A DNA stretch of 64,000 bases from Podarcis cretensis (Eukaryota), in contig OX638151.1 in assembly GCA_951804945.1 (NCBI GenBank), positions 61,132,001 to 61,196,000 on the forward strand, written 5' to 3'. Position 1 is the stretch's first letter, and each line of letters opens with the position of its first letter. The position numbers and the translations under genes are program-made. The notes beneath the pieces were generated by a model. The model saw only the letters and a program-made list of their open reading frames with translations. It was not told the DNA's origin and searched no databases. Shown piece after piece: positions 63,536 to 64,000 of the stretch.

Positions 63536-64000
63536 CTTCAAATAACAAACAATTTTCAGTTATAAGAGGAGAACTAAGATCACAAATTTTCCTTTCATTG
63601 TATGATATTTAACAAATAATACTCTCCAGAAGATCAAGAAAAACCAAACAGAATTTCTGAATACATTCTGAATACATGTATTAAATCTAGCAAAATGTAT
63701 ATCCATTTATTTTAGCCAAGCTATGTAATTATAATTCTGCATGATAAACATTGCTTATGGCAGCTTGAACCAACTGTTTTTAATAGAAGACAACTGAATT
63801 AGGCGTACACTGGTTGCATTCACATGTAACAATTGAAACTACAGACATTGTAGCAAGCTTCAGGCTCACATACATTCCCCTTCTCTTTTCCTTCTCTCCC
63901 AATTCAGGTATGAAGGGAAGAAATTATCTAACTTAAGCTAGGGGCTAATTCTGTTATGCACATTCTTCTACTGGGAAAAAAAATGCAGTGGAAATACATC

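Overview
This is vertebrate genomic DNA from a squamate reptile, probably a lacertid lizard (inferred from Sauria SINEs, Bov-B and a POM/Squam2-like SINE). The whole window lies inside the utrophin gene (UTRN) on the minus strand. I traced 37 GT-AG coding exons (5,637 nt, 1,879 codons, phases consistent) from the calponin-homology actin-binding domain through the spectrin-repeat rod. They correspond to dystrophin (DMD) exons 4-8, 10-40 and 42, and the gene continues past both window edges. Introns hold L2, CR1 and Bov-B LINE fragments, SINEs and TcMar/hAT MITEs; most ORF-track ORFs are spurious or repeat-derived. Main observations: (1) an intact 153-nt exon homologous to DMD exon 40 (first half of spectrin repeat 15, a repeat mammalian utrophin lacks); (2) a MITE inserted inside an exon's splice donor, whose TIRs can fold over that donor; (3) a candidate 30-nt GC-donor microexon flanked by RBFOX motifs; (4) a partial duplicate of the exon-16-equivalent; (5) a candidate 36-nt hinge-1 microexon. 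Comparisons with human UTRN/DMD are from memory and need database confirmation. I found no evidence of a new multi-gene system.
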